From NCBI GenBank assembly GCA_002269645.1, contig NIVC01002623.1:91404-155403 (forward strand): a stretch of 64,000 nt of DNA. Direction: 5' to 3'. A program made the position numbers and the translations under genes. The DNA comes from Macrostomum lignano. Lineage: Eukaryota. The notes beneath the pieces were generated by a model. The model saw only the letters and a program-made list of their open reading frames with translations, was not told where the DNA came from and made no database searches. This document shows, in pieces, positions 36,642 to 50,200 of this stretch (positions are counted from its first letter, which is position 1; the number at the start of each line of letters is the position of its first letter).

Positions 36642-38403
36642 CCTGCCCACGTAAATGGACAGGGTGCGCGCGGACTCCTCCAGCTTGGCCCGCCGTTCGA
36701 GTATCGGGTGCTGGCCGTAATGCCTGGCCGCCCTGATGCAGCTGCAGATGTCGGCGCAGGCATCCGCGCCGTCCTCGTAGCCCTGCACGATTGGGAAAGT
36801 TGATCAATGAACACTTAACTTCTGTATTTGTCCTACTAGCAATTAGAAAAATATTTTATTGCGCGATTCTAGAAAACGGAGTTTCATTTAAAATGCGATT
36901 CTTTCTAAGAAGCAAAAATCTAATTGTGATTCTAAGAAACCAAATATATACAAATGTGATTCTAAGAAACCAAATATCTACAAATGTAATTCTAAGAAAC
37001 CAAATATCTACAAATGTGATTCTAAGAAACCAAATATCTACAAATGTGATTCTAATAAACCAAATATCTACTAATGTGATTCTAAGAAACCAAATTATCT
37101 ACCAATGTAATTCTAAGAAACCAAATATCTACTAATGTGATTCTAAGAAACCAAATTATCTACCAATGTAATTCTAAGAAACCAAATATCTACAAACGTG
37201 ATTCTAAGAAACCAAATATCTACTTATGTGATTGTAAGAAACCAAATATCTACAAATGTGATTCTAAGAAACCAAATATCTACTAATGTAATTCTAAGAA
37301 ACTGAATATCTACAAATGTGATTCTTAGAAACTGAATATCTACAAATGTGATTCTAAGAAACTGAATATCTACAAACGTGATTCTAAGAAACCAAATATC
37401 TACAAATGTGATTCAAAGAAACCAAATATCTACAAATGTGATTCAAAGAAACCAAATATCTACAAATGTGATTCTAAGAAACCAAATATCTACAAATGTA
37501 ATTCTAAGAAACCAAATATCTACAAATGTGATTCTAAGAAACCAAATATCTACTAATGTGATTCTAAGAAACCAAATATCTACTAATGTGATTCCATATA
37601 ACCCAATAAAGCAGATGTCATTAAGCAATCAATTTAATCACCTGAGCATTGGGACGCAGCAGCTGAACGGACAAAGCGAACAGCCTGCCAGCCAGGTGCG
37701 ACGGTGCGAGCTCAGCTCCGGCCCGACGCGCCACATCTTCGCCGAGCTGAAAGATCAGCTCGATCTGGCGGCCGATCGACAATTGTCTATTGTCCAAGTG
37801 CTCAGCCAGCACCACGGCGGCATCGAACACCCTAGTGGCATAGGACGGCACAGCACTGCCAGACTCGCCAGCCGCCAGGAACTCCTGGTAGATGGCGGCG
37901 AGGCTGGCAAACTGCTCGCTAGCCGGGTAGTTCAGATACCCGTCGTGGTGCAGCGGCAGCCGGCGAGTCAGGTCGGGCTTGAGCTCGACCACCGGCAGAA
38001 GCTGGCTGCAGGGCTCGTTTGTCAGATCAACGCTGCTAGGCAGCGACTCGGGCGATTGTCGCGCGCGCTTCAGGGACGGGCCCGGCTGTCGCTGACGGAG
38101 GGCAACAGCGGTGGTGGAGGCGGCTACAGCAGAGCTGCTGGCGGGCCAAGCTGGAGGCTGCTGTTGCTGTTGCCGGCTCCTCAGAACATTGCGAAGGTCA
38201 CTCGGCTCGATATTGAACTGATCATGGGGTTCAGTTTGATGACACAAGCGCATGTGCTCAGCAAGCTCGGTAAAATTGTAAAACTTTATGTCGCCACACT
38301 CGCCGCAGTGCAGCGTGACGCTGCTCAGCTCGTGGACGAGGGCAGCGTCGCTTTCGCTTTCAAAAATCAGTTGAAGTTGATCGCCGAATTTGGCAAATTT
38401 CAT
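36642..38403 (-). CDS. Uncharacterised protein with one N-terminal C2H2 zinc finger (partial model). Exons 38403..37642 and 36782..about 36642
   Basis: CGECGDIKFYNFTELAEHMRLCH; GC-rich coding-like frame; phase-0 join CAG|GTGATT ... GTGCAG|GGC. The 3' end is unresolved (donor GTGAGT near 36641, or read-through to a stop at 36513). Confidence 0.65.
36930..37595. repeat. Intronic minisatellite, 30 bp unit (GTGATTCTAAGAAACCAAATATCTACAAAT)
   Basis: Fills the intron of the C2H2 gene. Confidence 0.95.
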
Positions 38404-38409
38404 GGCTGC

Positions 38410-38632
38410 AGAATGGGTCAGACTGTAGAATTAGCTGAGGGAATGGGTCAGACTGCAGAATTAGCTGAAGGAATGGGTCAGACTGCATAATTAGCTGAAG
38501 GAATGGGTCAGACTGCAGAATTAGCTGAGAGAATGGGTCAGACTGCAGAATTAGCTGAGAGAATGGGTCAGACTGCAGAATTAGCTGAGAGAATGGGTCA
38601 GACTGCAGAATTAGCTGAGGGAATGAGTGAGA
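38410..38632. repeat. Minisatellite, 30 bp unit (GAATGGGTCAGACTGCAGAATTAGCTGAGA)
   Basis: Tandem units directly upstream of the C2H2 gene ATG. Confidence 0.92.
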
Positions 38633-39242
38633 CTACAAAGCTAAATATAAATTTTGATAACTTTCTTTAAGATTTTTGATAAATTGAAAAATTATTGATT
38701 TTTTACTTTGTTTTTGAATTTTGGACAGTGTTGGGCACTTCCAAACCGAGTAACTTGCAAATGGTAACACAAGTTACTTTTTCGTAAAGCGTTCCTTACG
38801 CAAGTTACTTTTTTATTTTAGTAACGGAGTAACGGTAAGTTACTCAAATTTCGGAAGTCCGTTACAGTTACTTTGCAACAATTGCAATATTTAAATTTAA
38901 AACTGAAATGCTTAGCTATTATGACGGTTGTCACATGTTTTTGCATTCTTCATTCCTAAATTCAAAATTAAGTGAATAGTATCATATGGTATTGCGCTTA
39001 ATTACGAGTAATGAAGAAATACTTGAAACATGTTTTACTTTGTTAATTTCAGTAAAATATTTTCGCCTTTCATTTTGGTTACTAAAAAATTTTCAAGTTT
39101 GATTCAAACAAACAACCAAAGAAAGAAATTCATCTGTAGCCTCCACAAGTCCCTCCACTGGCACTGCAGTACACTACACCATTTTATACAGTTCTATTTA
39201 TTTTACTCTATTGAATTATTGATATTTGTTTATTTTATAATT

Positions 39243-41781
39243 TACAAGCTGTTGAAACCCGCGGATTTGAACCCGGGGAATTTCAATCCCTGGAACTATT
39301 TTTGCATGTACTCATATTCTAAAATCTGAGGTCAAACTTAAACAAAAACTTGTTAATAGTTAGGTTAGAATTAAACATAAAATAGAGTACATTTGTGAAA
39401 AATTAGGATTTGAGGCAAACATTTATATTGTTGGCTGGGGTGCTGCAAACAGGCAAACTCTGGCCTCTGCCTCTCCTTATGTCCCTTGGATCCTTAGAAA
39501 CTTCGACCTTCTCTTCTGTTTCTTCTCCTCTCTCTTGTCTCTGTCTCTTCTCTCTCTCTCCTCTATCCCCTATTCCCTCGTCTATTCCCTCTCCCTTCTA
39601 TTCTTTTATCCCTCCTCTCCTCCCTCCTCTCTCCTCTCTCTCCTCTCATCTCTTCTCTTCTTTCCTCTCTTCTCTCTCCTCTCATCTCTCTGCTCTCTCC
39701 TGTCCCATCTCTCTTTCTCCTCTAATCTCTCCCCTGTTTCCTCTCCTCTCTTGTCCTTTCTCCTCTTTCCCCTGTCCTCTTGGTTCTCTCCCCTCCCCTC
39801 CTCTCTCCTCACTCACTTCTCTCTCTCTTTGTCTCACCTCTCATCTCTTATTTCTATCCTTTTTCTCTCTCTTCCCTCTTCTATACTCTCTCCCCTCTAT
39901 TCTCCTCTCTTGTCCTTTTGCACTCTGCTCTCTCTTCCTTCATCTCTCATCTCTACTTGTCGCGACTTTCCTAGTCATTTCTTAGTTCACCTTCAATTGT
40001 CTCTGTTTACTCCGTTTTCTCTCTCTCTGTCTAGCTCAATCTTGTTATTCTTATCTCTCTCTCTCCCTTGCTGCCTTCTGATTGGTTCTCCATTCTCGCC
40101 TCTCTCTTCAGTCGCGCACTTCACCCCTCTCCTTATTATCTGGAGTCAACCCCCCTCTAAATTAGTCATATAAATATACTTGTTTGGGCCCTGCGCCCAC
40201 TTACTGGCGTATCTTAGTATTCAATTTAACATCTAATTTAGTTCTAGTGTTTTTAGTCTTATTTTCTCTACATGGCGCCCAATGAAAAATAATTCAGTCA
40301 ATACAGTAAGGCTGGCAAAGGCCATGCCATCGTCGTTGTCGTAGCCCTACACCAGTCATCTCGTCATCCCGTCATCGACTCCTAATCGTCTCGTCTCTGC
40401 TTGCCGGCCTCTCAATCGTCTCGTTGCCGGCCTCTCAATCGTCTCCTCTCTGGTTGCCGGCCTCTCAATCGTCTCGTTGCCGGCCTCTCAATCGTCTCGT
40501 TGCCGGCCTCTCAATCGTCTCGTTGCCGGCCTCTCAATCGTCTCGTCTCTGGTTGCCGGCCTCAATCGTCTCGTCTCTGGTTGCCGGCCTCTCAATCGTC
40601 TCGTCTCTGGTTGCCGGCCTCTCAATCGTCTCGTCTGCCGGCCTCTCAATCGTCTCATCTGTGGTTGCCGGTCTCGTCTTCGGAGTCGGTGCCGGCAGCA
40701 TATTCACATTTCAACTCGGGCTGTCGGTCTCGTCTTCGGAGTCGGTGCCGGCAGCATATTCGCATTTCAACTCGGGCTGTCGGTCTCGTCTTCGGAGTCG
40801 GTGCCGGCGGCATATTCACAATTCAACTCGGGCCGTCGTCACGTCTTCGGAGTCGGTGTCGGCAGTCAATCTCACCGGTCTTTGTCAAACTTTCTTCACT
40901 CGGTCCCCTCCTCTCTTGTCAGTGTCTCCAGTTGTCTCTAGTCGTCTCCAGTTGTTCTTTTCATCAACTTGATTCTCATCTCATCTCATCTCTCTCATCT
41001 CAGCTCTCTTACTCAACTGACAATGTTAATGTTTTCTCTAAACTGTACTAGCCATTTACAATTAAAAATTGCTAATTTTTAAGGGGGAGGGTGGATATAT
41101 TCAGTCTTTTCAGTCTTCTCATTGGTTCAAAAACTACTCAATAAAAATCTAAGTTTAAAATTCGGTCTTAATATTTTGCATTCGCTCTACTGTTTTTGTA
41201 TTCAAATTCTTAGTCATTATGTATTTTTCAAATCGTTTTATACACCATTTATTGTGAATGTGTTTTTCAATTTAATTCGACCTAATTCTAACTCATTAAT
41301 TTCAATTGGTAATGGTACTCGAAAATTCAAAAAATGTTCCATTTTTTGGGGGGAGTGTCGCGACTTTCCTAGTCATTTCTTAGTTCACCTTCAATTGTCT
41401 CTGTTTACTCCGTTTTCTCTCTCTCTGTCTAGCTCAATCTTGTTATTCTTATCTCTCTCTCTCCCTTGCTGCCTTCTGATTGGTTCTCCATTCTCGCCTC
41501 TCTCTTCAGTCGCGCACTTCACCCCTCTCCTTATTATCTGGAGTCAACCCCCCTCTAAATTAGTCATATAAATATACTTGTTTGGGCCCTGCGCCCACTT
41601 ACTGGCGTATCTTAGTATTCAATTTAACATCTAATTTAGTTCTAGTGTTTTTAGTCTTATTTTCTCTACACTACTCTCTCATCTTTCCTTTTATCTCTCT
41701 CATCTCCACAATCTCATCTCTTTCCTCTCTCCTCTTCTTCCCTGTACTCTATCATCTCTCCTTTCTCCTCTCTTCTGTCTC

Positions 41782-41843
<62 letters not shown>

Positions 41844-43373
41844 TCTTATCTCCTCTCTTCTCACTTCTCTCTACCTCTCTCTCCCCTCCTATCTCCTCTG
41901 TGTTCTCTATTCTCTTCTCACTCTTCTCTACTCTCCTCTCTCATTGATCCTCTGTCTCATCTCTCCCCTCTTCTCTCTTCCTCTTCTCTCCTCTACTCTT
42001 TCCTCTCCCTCCTGTCTCCCCTCCTCTCGCTTCCTCCTCCCATATTCTCTGCTCTCTCCTTGTCCTCACCCCACTTGTCTCTCCTGTTATCTTATATCTT
42101 TTCTCTTACCCTCCTCTCGCCCTTCCTCTCTTTCTAATAGTCTATTCCTTTTCTTTTTTTTACTCTCATCTTGCCCGCAGCCATGAGTTGGATTCTTTAT
42201 CTGGCCTTTGAGTTAAAAATCTACCAATCCCTGCTTTGAAAGCCAGTTTGTGGGACACAGTACTATCATGGTTATCATTTCTCATGCTTTAATCACGTCA
42301 TCTTTCTTGCCAATTTGCAGCCCTGAAAGGAATTTGTGTATCTTCAGCTCCACTGCAGTCTGAATCAGTCTAACAACCAAGGAAATACGCATTTCTTAGG
42401 AGGCCATTTAAAATTTACACAGTACCTTTAAAAGAAACCTAAAATTTCCATGGTGTGCCTAATTTAGTAGGGTTGTATTGCATTGCATCGCCTTTTCATA
42501 AATATTTTGCTTTTACAAACCATTCTAGATTGCCTCAATTTGCCAATTGCCATCCACTGTTAAACTGCTGCAGAGTTTGCCAATACAGAGGGCAGTGGTT
42601 AGAATTTCTCACTAAACTGTTATGGCTAAATGTAGCCTCTCCACTCTCGGGGTGCAGAGAAGGCTATAAATAAAGTTATTCCAAAACACTGTACATTTGC
42701 AATGTACATTCAGTCCTATCGCCTGACCTTTTGTCTGGCTCTGGGGGAATGAGTGAGTGAGTGGCACAAACAACAGAAAAAGCAGACAAACTTCACATGC
42801 TTACAGTTTCTTTTTTGGTTGAGTTACGGAGTTGAAACTTTACATTTAGATAGAGAATGAGTCAATGAAGAATTGTGTCAAGTTTGAAGTCAATCGCTTT
42901 ACATGGAGCAAACTTATAGCAGCTGAAAGTTAGTCAATTTTGAAACCCTTTTACACATCTGGGCCCAGATTGGGAAAGAGAGGCAGGCAGGCGGAGGTTG
43001 GGGTGGTTGCTACGCTGAAAAAAACAACCTAACTTTAAAAGTGCACAGCACTGCTCAGGATTAACTTTGAGACTCAAAATTTTACATGATTGTGCCAAAA
43101 TAGTTTAAGATTATCTATGTCAAATTTGAAGCGAATTGGTAGAAGTGGAGTGGTGCTATGGGGGATTAAGTGAAAAAATTGCACATTTTGAGCAGTTTTT
43201 TATACTTTTAGCTAGGAAGACTTGAGTTTAGGAAATTTAAAGGCAGCCTAAGACATTCTCCGTAGTAAGTTTTGGGTGTAAAGTTTGGTGTAATTTGGTT
43301 GAGCAGTTTGGGAGTCCATAGCAAAGTAATTTGTCCATAGACAGACAGAGTTTTGATTTTTATAGGTAGAGAT
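39243..43373 (+). mobile_element. Helentron/HINE-like element, copy 2, interrupted by an LTR element
   Basis: Same 5' and 3' termini and collinear 3' 1.2 kb as 32106-35001 (for example 33800-35000 versus 42195-43373). Confidence 0.65.
39958..41670 (+). mobile_element. Non-coding miniature LTR retroelement (TRIM-like), 1713 bp
   Basis: 315 bp LTRs TG...CA at 39958-40272 and 41356-41670, identical by eye; 5 bp TSD CTACT; PBS TGGCGCCCAA at 40273 (matches tRNA-Lys CUU 3' end); PPT GGGGGGAG at 41348-41355; no gag/pol in the 1083 bp interior. Confidence 0.92.
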
Positions 43374-46038
43374 AATTTTAATTATTGATTGCCATTGCTC
43401 ATTGGTCCTTCTACTTGCCTTACATCGTGTCACCAATTCCTGTCTCTGGCTATTAATCAGTTAATCCTAATGCCCAATGGCAAATTTCGGTAACAACAAT
43501 GTGAAAAAATGTGCAATGTGAAAAAGCAGAAAATTTTGTTATTAACATGGGTAATGGAAATGGGTAACGGACAGTAACTTAAAAGTTACCAGGTTTTTGT
43601 CTAAAGTTACTAGGCTAACGTAAGTTACTATTTAAAAATTGGTAACTTAAGTTACTTAAGTTATCCAATATCCAATACTGATTTTATCCAATTATCCAAT
43701 TATCCAATACTGATATCCAATACTGATTTTGGATATGTTACAAAAGTTATATATTCAATTAAAAGAAAGTCATAGCTAATATAATTTTAAAGGTTTTATA
43801 GATATAAGTCAAAACCATAGTAATACGAGTATATATATTTGTTTATTTTTGATATATAACTTTCTTATAGTTATATTATAATTTGTCTTCATAGCACAAA
43901 AATGAACTTTATTAGTAACTTTACTATTTATTGGATTAGCAAAGACAAACATAATTGCTATTGGAATTTTTCATTGATTATTGACTATTTATTATTATTA
44001 ATATAAATTCTCTAAATAATTACTTATGCCTAATATATAGCCTATCTACATATACTTCCTTTACTAATTTAGATATTCTATTAATATAAATATTTTTAGA
44101 GATAATATAATGTCTAGGCTTATATAGGTCTATTTTTGTATTGCACCATATATAACATAATTAGGCCTAGTTAAGACCAAAGCAAAGTACTCATTATATC
44201 TATATATCTATAGCCATAGCATAGGCCTTATAAATATAATAATAGATCCATAAGCCCTACCTACTTATACCAAATTATAGCAAATGTTGACTAGTCTTTT
44301 CTTTATATTATAATATACTGACTAGGCCTAGGCCTACAACCTACAAGATCAAAAATTTTATTTTAATAAAACAGGGGCAGATCCAAAGGGGGGCCAAAGG
44401 GGCCATGCCCCCCTTCAATTTGGTGATATTTTTTTGGCTTGTAATAATGCTAGGTCTATTTTCCAATATTGGGTTATAGTGCTTGGTAAAGTTTGTCCAC
44501 CCCCTAAAAAACTTTCTGGATCCACGTGTAACGATGTTGATATTTATATTTTAAAAAATAATTTAGTATTAATAATGTGTCTTTAGTATTATATTAATTT
44601 ATTTATTACTCATTAGTGAATTTATAAGTTATTCAATATGTACGCTTAAAATTTGTTTTACTATATCCTTCATGGAAATATGAGTATTGCATTATTTAAA
44701 AGACAATTAAATTGCAATTTTGCACTCTACTTTTGTTGGTCTTGTGCGTGCTTTTTGGTTGGTCTGCCGCGTGGTGCCTTTTTGCTATAACTTATTACCA
44801 ATAATTTAATGGCAATAGTTTAAATCTTGTCAGTTCAAATAAATAATACAATTAAATACAATCAGTCAAATTTCAAATATAATACTCTCTTGCTTGCTAC
44901 GAAGACTCAATTTATTATTGATATTGCATAGCCATCAGCACCGAACAAAGAAGGGTTACGTCACAGATGCCTGGAATAAAAGATCTACTTGTGCCTTGCT
45001 TAGGCATAGCCATAAGATATATAGTGTAGAATACACCTATGATGCCCTTGTTAGCTAAATGGCTTACAATCAAGACCTAATCTAATCAATAGTATAAGCC
45101 TATTTCTTTTGTTGTTAGACAGCTAGACGCTAGCCTATATGATGTTGATAAATCTTGCTTATCCCAAAAATTAGTAGGCCCTATTAAAGCCAGATCAGGC
45201 TCTAAGATTTAAGATACTATACGAGATTATGAGCTATACTAAAAAGGTATAATATTTCATATAATTAATTAATACTCACTAAAGGAAAAAACAAAACCCT
45301 AGTGACGTCGTTATAAACAACGTTACTGAGGCTATTGTCAAAATAAATATCTTGCGAACATCAAATGGGATGTCAATAGGTTGAACAGTGACAGAGTGAA
45401 AAGTAGAGAATCAAGTCCTGAAGTTAGACGACGATAGGTCGAATTGAAAGTGGAATAAAGAACTGATAATTCTTAATACATTATTATTAATTAATATATT
45501 AATACCAAATCATATTTTTACTGAGTGGCAACTGCTGCATATTAGGCCTGTAAATAGCTGCATGTGAAAACTTATATTTGTTTATTGTGGCTGCTAAAAA
45601 TTCAAAAGTTAAATTGAACTGTTATGTACTTTACATACTATGACTTGTAGGTTCAGTAAAAGGGTTTGTAACTACTTATAGTAACGTACTACATGTAGAA
45701 ATGGAATTTTTAGTTACATAAATTGTTACATTCTGAAAACATTTAGTTTAAGCGGATAAGCCTCTTTGTTCACTTTGGTGAGGAAGCGACACCCAGTCTG
45801 TCGCGTCCTACTTTCTTCTACACAGTTAACCTGCTCTTGTTTTGAAAACTTGGGATCTGACTTTTGGTGTTACAGTTTTCCTTTAAGTCATGTCTATATC
45901 TGCCCGTGCACGGTATCATTTTGGCCGCAAGAATACAACTGCTACCAACTCAAACTGCTACCAAACTCAAACTGCTATCAATTCAAACTGCTACCAAATA
46001 AAGCAGAACCCTAAACTCGAATATTTTTATCATTCATC

Positions 46039-46260
46039 ATGAGAATCAAGTGTATAGGCTGGGGTCTCCAACCTGCCTCGGTAAAAGAAGATCCGATCCG
46101 GTTGTTTTCATCCACAAGTTTCCTTCATCGATAAGCTAGATCTGTGCTAAACGAGTGGATTGCCGTTCATTCTAGAGATTTGCAACGGATCCCGAGTTTG
46201 CAACTCTCAGCAGGTTAATTTGTTCTCTGAATTTTCTTGACAGACTTCAGGGATTCTAAC
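46039..46260 (+). pseudogene. Possible degenerate THAP-domain remnant
   Basis: Motifs MRIKC, HKFP, EWIAV and RLICSLNF appear in THAP order but across shifting frames with stops. Confidence 0.3.
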
Positions 46261-47297
46261 AACCCAAATCATAAAAGGCAGACAGCTGACGGTCCATCTG
46301 TGGCTATAGCCAGCCCACTTTGGGAGATCGGCATGTTGACAGAAGATGCATCTTCTCGAATGGGTACGAGCCGTACATTCTAATAAGTATTTTTTGTCTT
46401 TTTTCTTTACTATTTTTACGATTTTTAGGACACGACGATTCAGCTCTTATTTTGGTAGTTCAGTTTTAGATTATATCTTGTACGGACATGTGGGTCAACC
46501 TGTCTAGATCGATGGTTTATGGCCCTCTTATCAGTCTTATGGAAGCCGTCAACGCTCTATGAGCTAATCGGAGCTTGAAAAATAGCTACTTTCTATATAT
46601 AGAAATATTAATCATAGCTTTCCTATGAATTCTTTTTAATTTTCGTCGACTCTGCGAGGCACATTATCCTGAAGCTATTTTTTGACTGCACCTGTCAAGT
46701 TATTTAGTGTCTGGCATGTTTTAGGTCTCCAGATCGGCCAGTCAGAGTCATACTAGGCTTGTTCAATTAGAAAAAATCGCTTTAAGTACAAAGCAATCAG
46801 TTCAAACCGAAAAATCAACGCTTGGTATAACAAAACGAATCGAAACCTCGACTCAAACACAGCAATTTTGAGAGACGACCAATACACATGGATTTTAAAT
46901 ATACATTTTGTACATTTTAAATTTCAAATAAAAAACTGCATCCTTGAATCTCTGGATTGTTTTGCGGTGCTCAAGTGCAGGCCGGACTAAGCGCTTTAAG
47001 TGTTTCAATGAAATTTTAACATCAGAAAGCAGTTGCAAATAAATAATAACAGCTCTGACACAAGCATGAGTATGTATTTTGGTATTTTTAAGCGTTTAGG
47101 CGTGTAAGAAATGTTAAATTACTGTTAAGTTTGGCAATTTTCAATAATGCGTATACATAAGAGGTACCAAAAGTTTTCCAGCAATTTCATGGGTTGAGCG
47201 GTTGCACGCCTTGACCAAGAAGTACTGCATAGGATCTTGGTCATTTTGTATTTATTTTTAGCCAAATATCATTTTAAGGATATTAGGATAAAACTGC

Positions 47298-50200
47298 TCA
47301 AGTGCTAGTGCCGCTTTTTACTGCCAACTTCCGGGCCGAGTGGTCGTACATCTTAATCAAATTCACGAATACCTGGTCCAGCGACATCTGGTAGAGAGCC
47401 CAGTAGCTCACCCCCATACGGCTCTGGTTGGCTGCCAACCATTTCAGTGCGGGTGACAGGCTCCGCACCGCGGGCTTGGGTACCGAAAACCGCATGACAA
47501 AACTCAGGCCGAGGTCCTCCTGTGTATGCGCTCCTTTGAACTTCTCTACAACTGCGTTCTTGATGGATAGCCTCTTCTGTCTGACTGCCGACTCGCCATC
47601 CGGAGCCAGCAGCAGCTCCAAGGTGTACGCGTCTCCGTGACTGCAAGGAAAGTACAAAAGTTATATAAGGATAAAAATACCGTTACGTATAATAGGCTGG
47701 AGTTGATCTGTTGACAGTACTGGTAGCTACGAAGAATAAAAACGACCAGGATGTGAACAGTGCATCAACATGCACGCCTGACAGTCATTATGAGTCATGC
47801 TACTTATAGATATGGCATGCTGTGGTGTGGCGACTGCTGGTTAAATTCAATGTAGGAGGAATCTACTCGAAGAACTGTAACCTTCTCTTGACTAAAAACT
47901 CAGGGCTAACCAAATTTCTGGGGCCTACTGGTTAAGTACGCTAGCTCGTAGTTCTTTGGTAGCGGGTTAAGGTCTGGCGCTAAGGTTCCTGAGATCGATT
48001 CTGTGCCTGGTCTTAATCTGCGGCGCCTCTTGGCCTTAGATTTTTAGAGCGATTCTTACCCATTAGGACCGACCCCAGGGCACAGACTGCGTACATGCTT
48101 GAAGACAACGGAATCAAGACCACTGTACACCCTGCGTGAGCGCGTGCCTACCTACGAAATCTAATAATGCGTGTGCAAGCTCAGGCGTCGCATTTGGGGC
48201 GAAGTACGTATCCGTCGCTTTTATTTGCGACAAGACAATGCCTCTTGGAGTGCTTGCTCTCAGCAGATTGTTTTTCTCAGGTTCAAATTTGACTTAATAA
48301 GCATTTGGATTCAATTTGAACGATGGGCAGCAACTGGTGATTTTTTGTTATTTGGCTATAAAGACTAAATTAGGGTAAGGGTTTTTACATGGTGTCCTCA
48401 GAAGAGCGTACTGTCATATGGGATGCGATGATGCAGCGAGGCTGCATTGGCTGTCAAAGTTGACTGAAATAGCTCATATTCAGTATAGACCTGCCTGAAT
48501 ACACACTGCTCACGAGCTGGAGACAATGCAGACTGCTCAATAAAGCCCAATTCGCACTGCCATCAAGTCAAACGACCGATGTAAAAAGGAACGAAAGTTG
48601 AAGTACAAGTAATTTGGTTTAATTTGATGGCACTGTGAACGAGCCATAATTCACAACACAAAAATATTTCATGCTGCTAATTAATAGACTCACCGACTCT
48701 GCAGCTGCTGCACGGTGCCCACTGAAATCATGCGGCCTTTGTTCATGATGCCGACCCGACTGCACAGGGCTTCGACCTCCTCCATACTGTGGGTCGTAAC
48801 TATGACCGACCTCTGCTGATGCACCATGCGGCGGATGGCACCCCAGATGAAGCGCTTGTTCTCGGGATCAACGCCGGTCGAAGCCTCGTCAATAACGATA
48901 AGTGCCGGGTTGCCGAGCATGGCGATGGCGAGGCAGAGACGCCGCTTGTTGCCGCCCGAAAGCTGACCGGCTTGCTTGTCGCAGTGCTGCGCCAGGCCCA
49001 GGCTCTGCATCAGACAGATCGTCTGTCGCTCCGCTTCGATCGTATCAAGACCGCGGATGGCCGCGTAAAAGCGAATGTGCTCGGCGACGGTGATGCTGTT
49101 GAAAAGTGGATTGTGCTGAGGACAGTAGCCGATGGCGCCGATTGTGGCTCCCTCCCGACCGGAAACCCAGGCACCGTCATGCACGCGGACCTCACAAACG
49201 CCCTCCGTCGCAGCCTCCTCGCCGACAATGACCGACATGGAGGTGGACTTACCGGCTCCGTTGGCGCCCAGCAGACCGAAGATCTCGCCGGCCATCGTTC
49301 CGAAGGTGATGCCTCGCACAGCGTGGACTCCGTTTGCGTGAATCTTTTGTAGCTTCCGTACTTCCAGCACGTTCTTGGAGTTCCTGGGAGCCGCCAGCAC
49401 CCTCTCCGTCTCTTTGCGAGCGCCTTCTTCCATGTCGCTTTCGGGTTTGTTAGGCATGGTCTGGGAGCCGCCGTGGCAAAGAATCTCTTTGACAACTTCT
49501 TTTTTCTCAACGAATAAAATAATGCCGCTCAGAATGATAATGTGCACTGGCATTGCTATCAAACAGTTGAGTATCTCCTGTTGCTTCCACAGACTTTCAG
49601 CCATACCAGGCAGTTCGGAACCGTCAACTGTTTGATAATACTCAGCCTTGAAGAAATAGTACAACATGCAGTGAAACACAAGGCCAGTAGGGGCTGCAGG
49701 CGGAACTGTCCAAATCAGCACGTTAAAAATATAAGCGGGGAAGTAAGTTAGTAATGTGAAGGCTGCAGGCAATAACACTCCGACCAACACGCAAACCGTT
49801 GAGACAAGGGTGTTGTGAGTCTTTATAAAAACAGCGATGGCGTACATTGTCAGCAGGTTGGACACAAGTCCAAAGAAAAACAATGGTAGAAGTGCAGCAA
49901 GAATAAGATACGCGCGCCTGTATGCCTCTGTAACCATTAACAGCCCGATGGCTAATGCGTAGAAAATCGCATACTGGACCCAGTGCATCAAAAATGTGTT
50001 GATCCAATAGGCTAGATGCGTCATGCCAGTGGACAAGAGGTAGCCGCGCACCCTGCTGCATATGTCCTCAACTGGATCGCTCAAATATGAGATTGGGAGC
50101 AATGGGATCACTAATAAAAACACTATTAACGGCCAGCCGGTTCTGGCAAGTCTCGTCTCCCTACTATTTATTACAGCGAGAGCCGTAGTGTTTTCGTATC

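Larger units (their letters stand above)
38726..43725. mobile_element. Non-autonomous hAT-type DNA transposon (host of two nested insertions)
   Basis: Ends CAGTGTTGG / CCAATACTG (8/9 inverted match); 8 bp TSD ATTTTGGA at 38718-38725 and 43726-43733; subterminal GTAAC/GTTAC repeats at both ends. Confidence 0.8.

Noticed and set aside
44372-44530. MITE-like piece CAGGGGCAGATCCA...TGGATCCACG
   Set aside because: The inverted match is too short and degenerate and no TSD was found.
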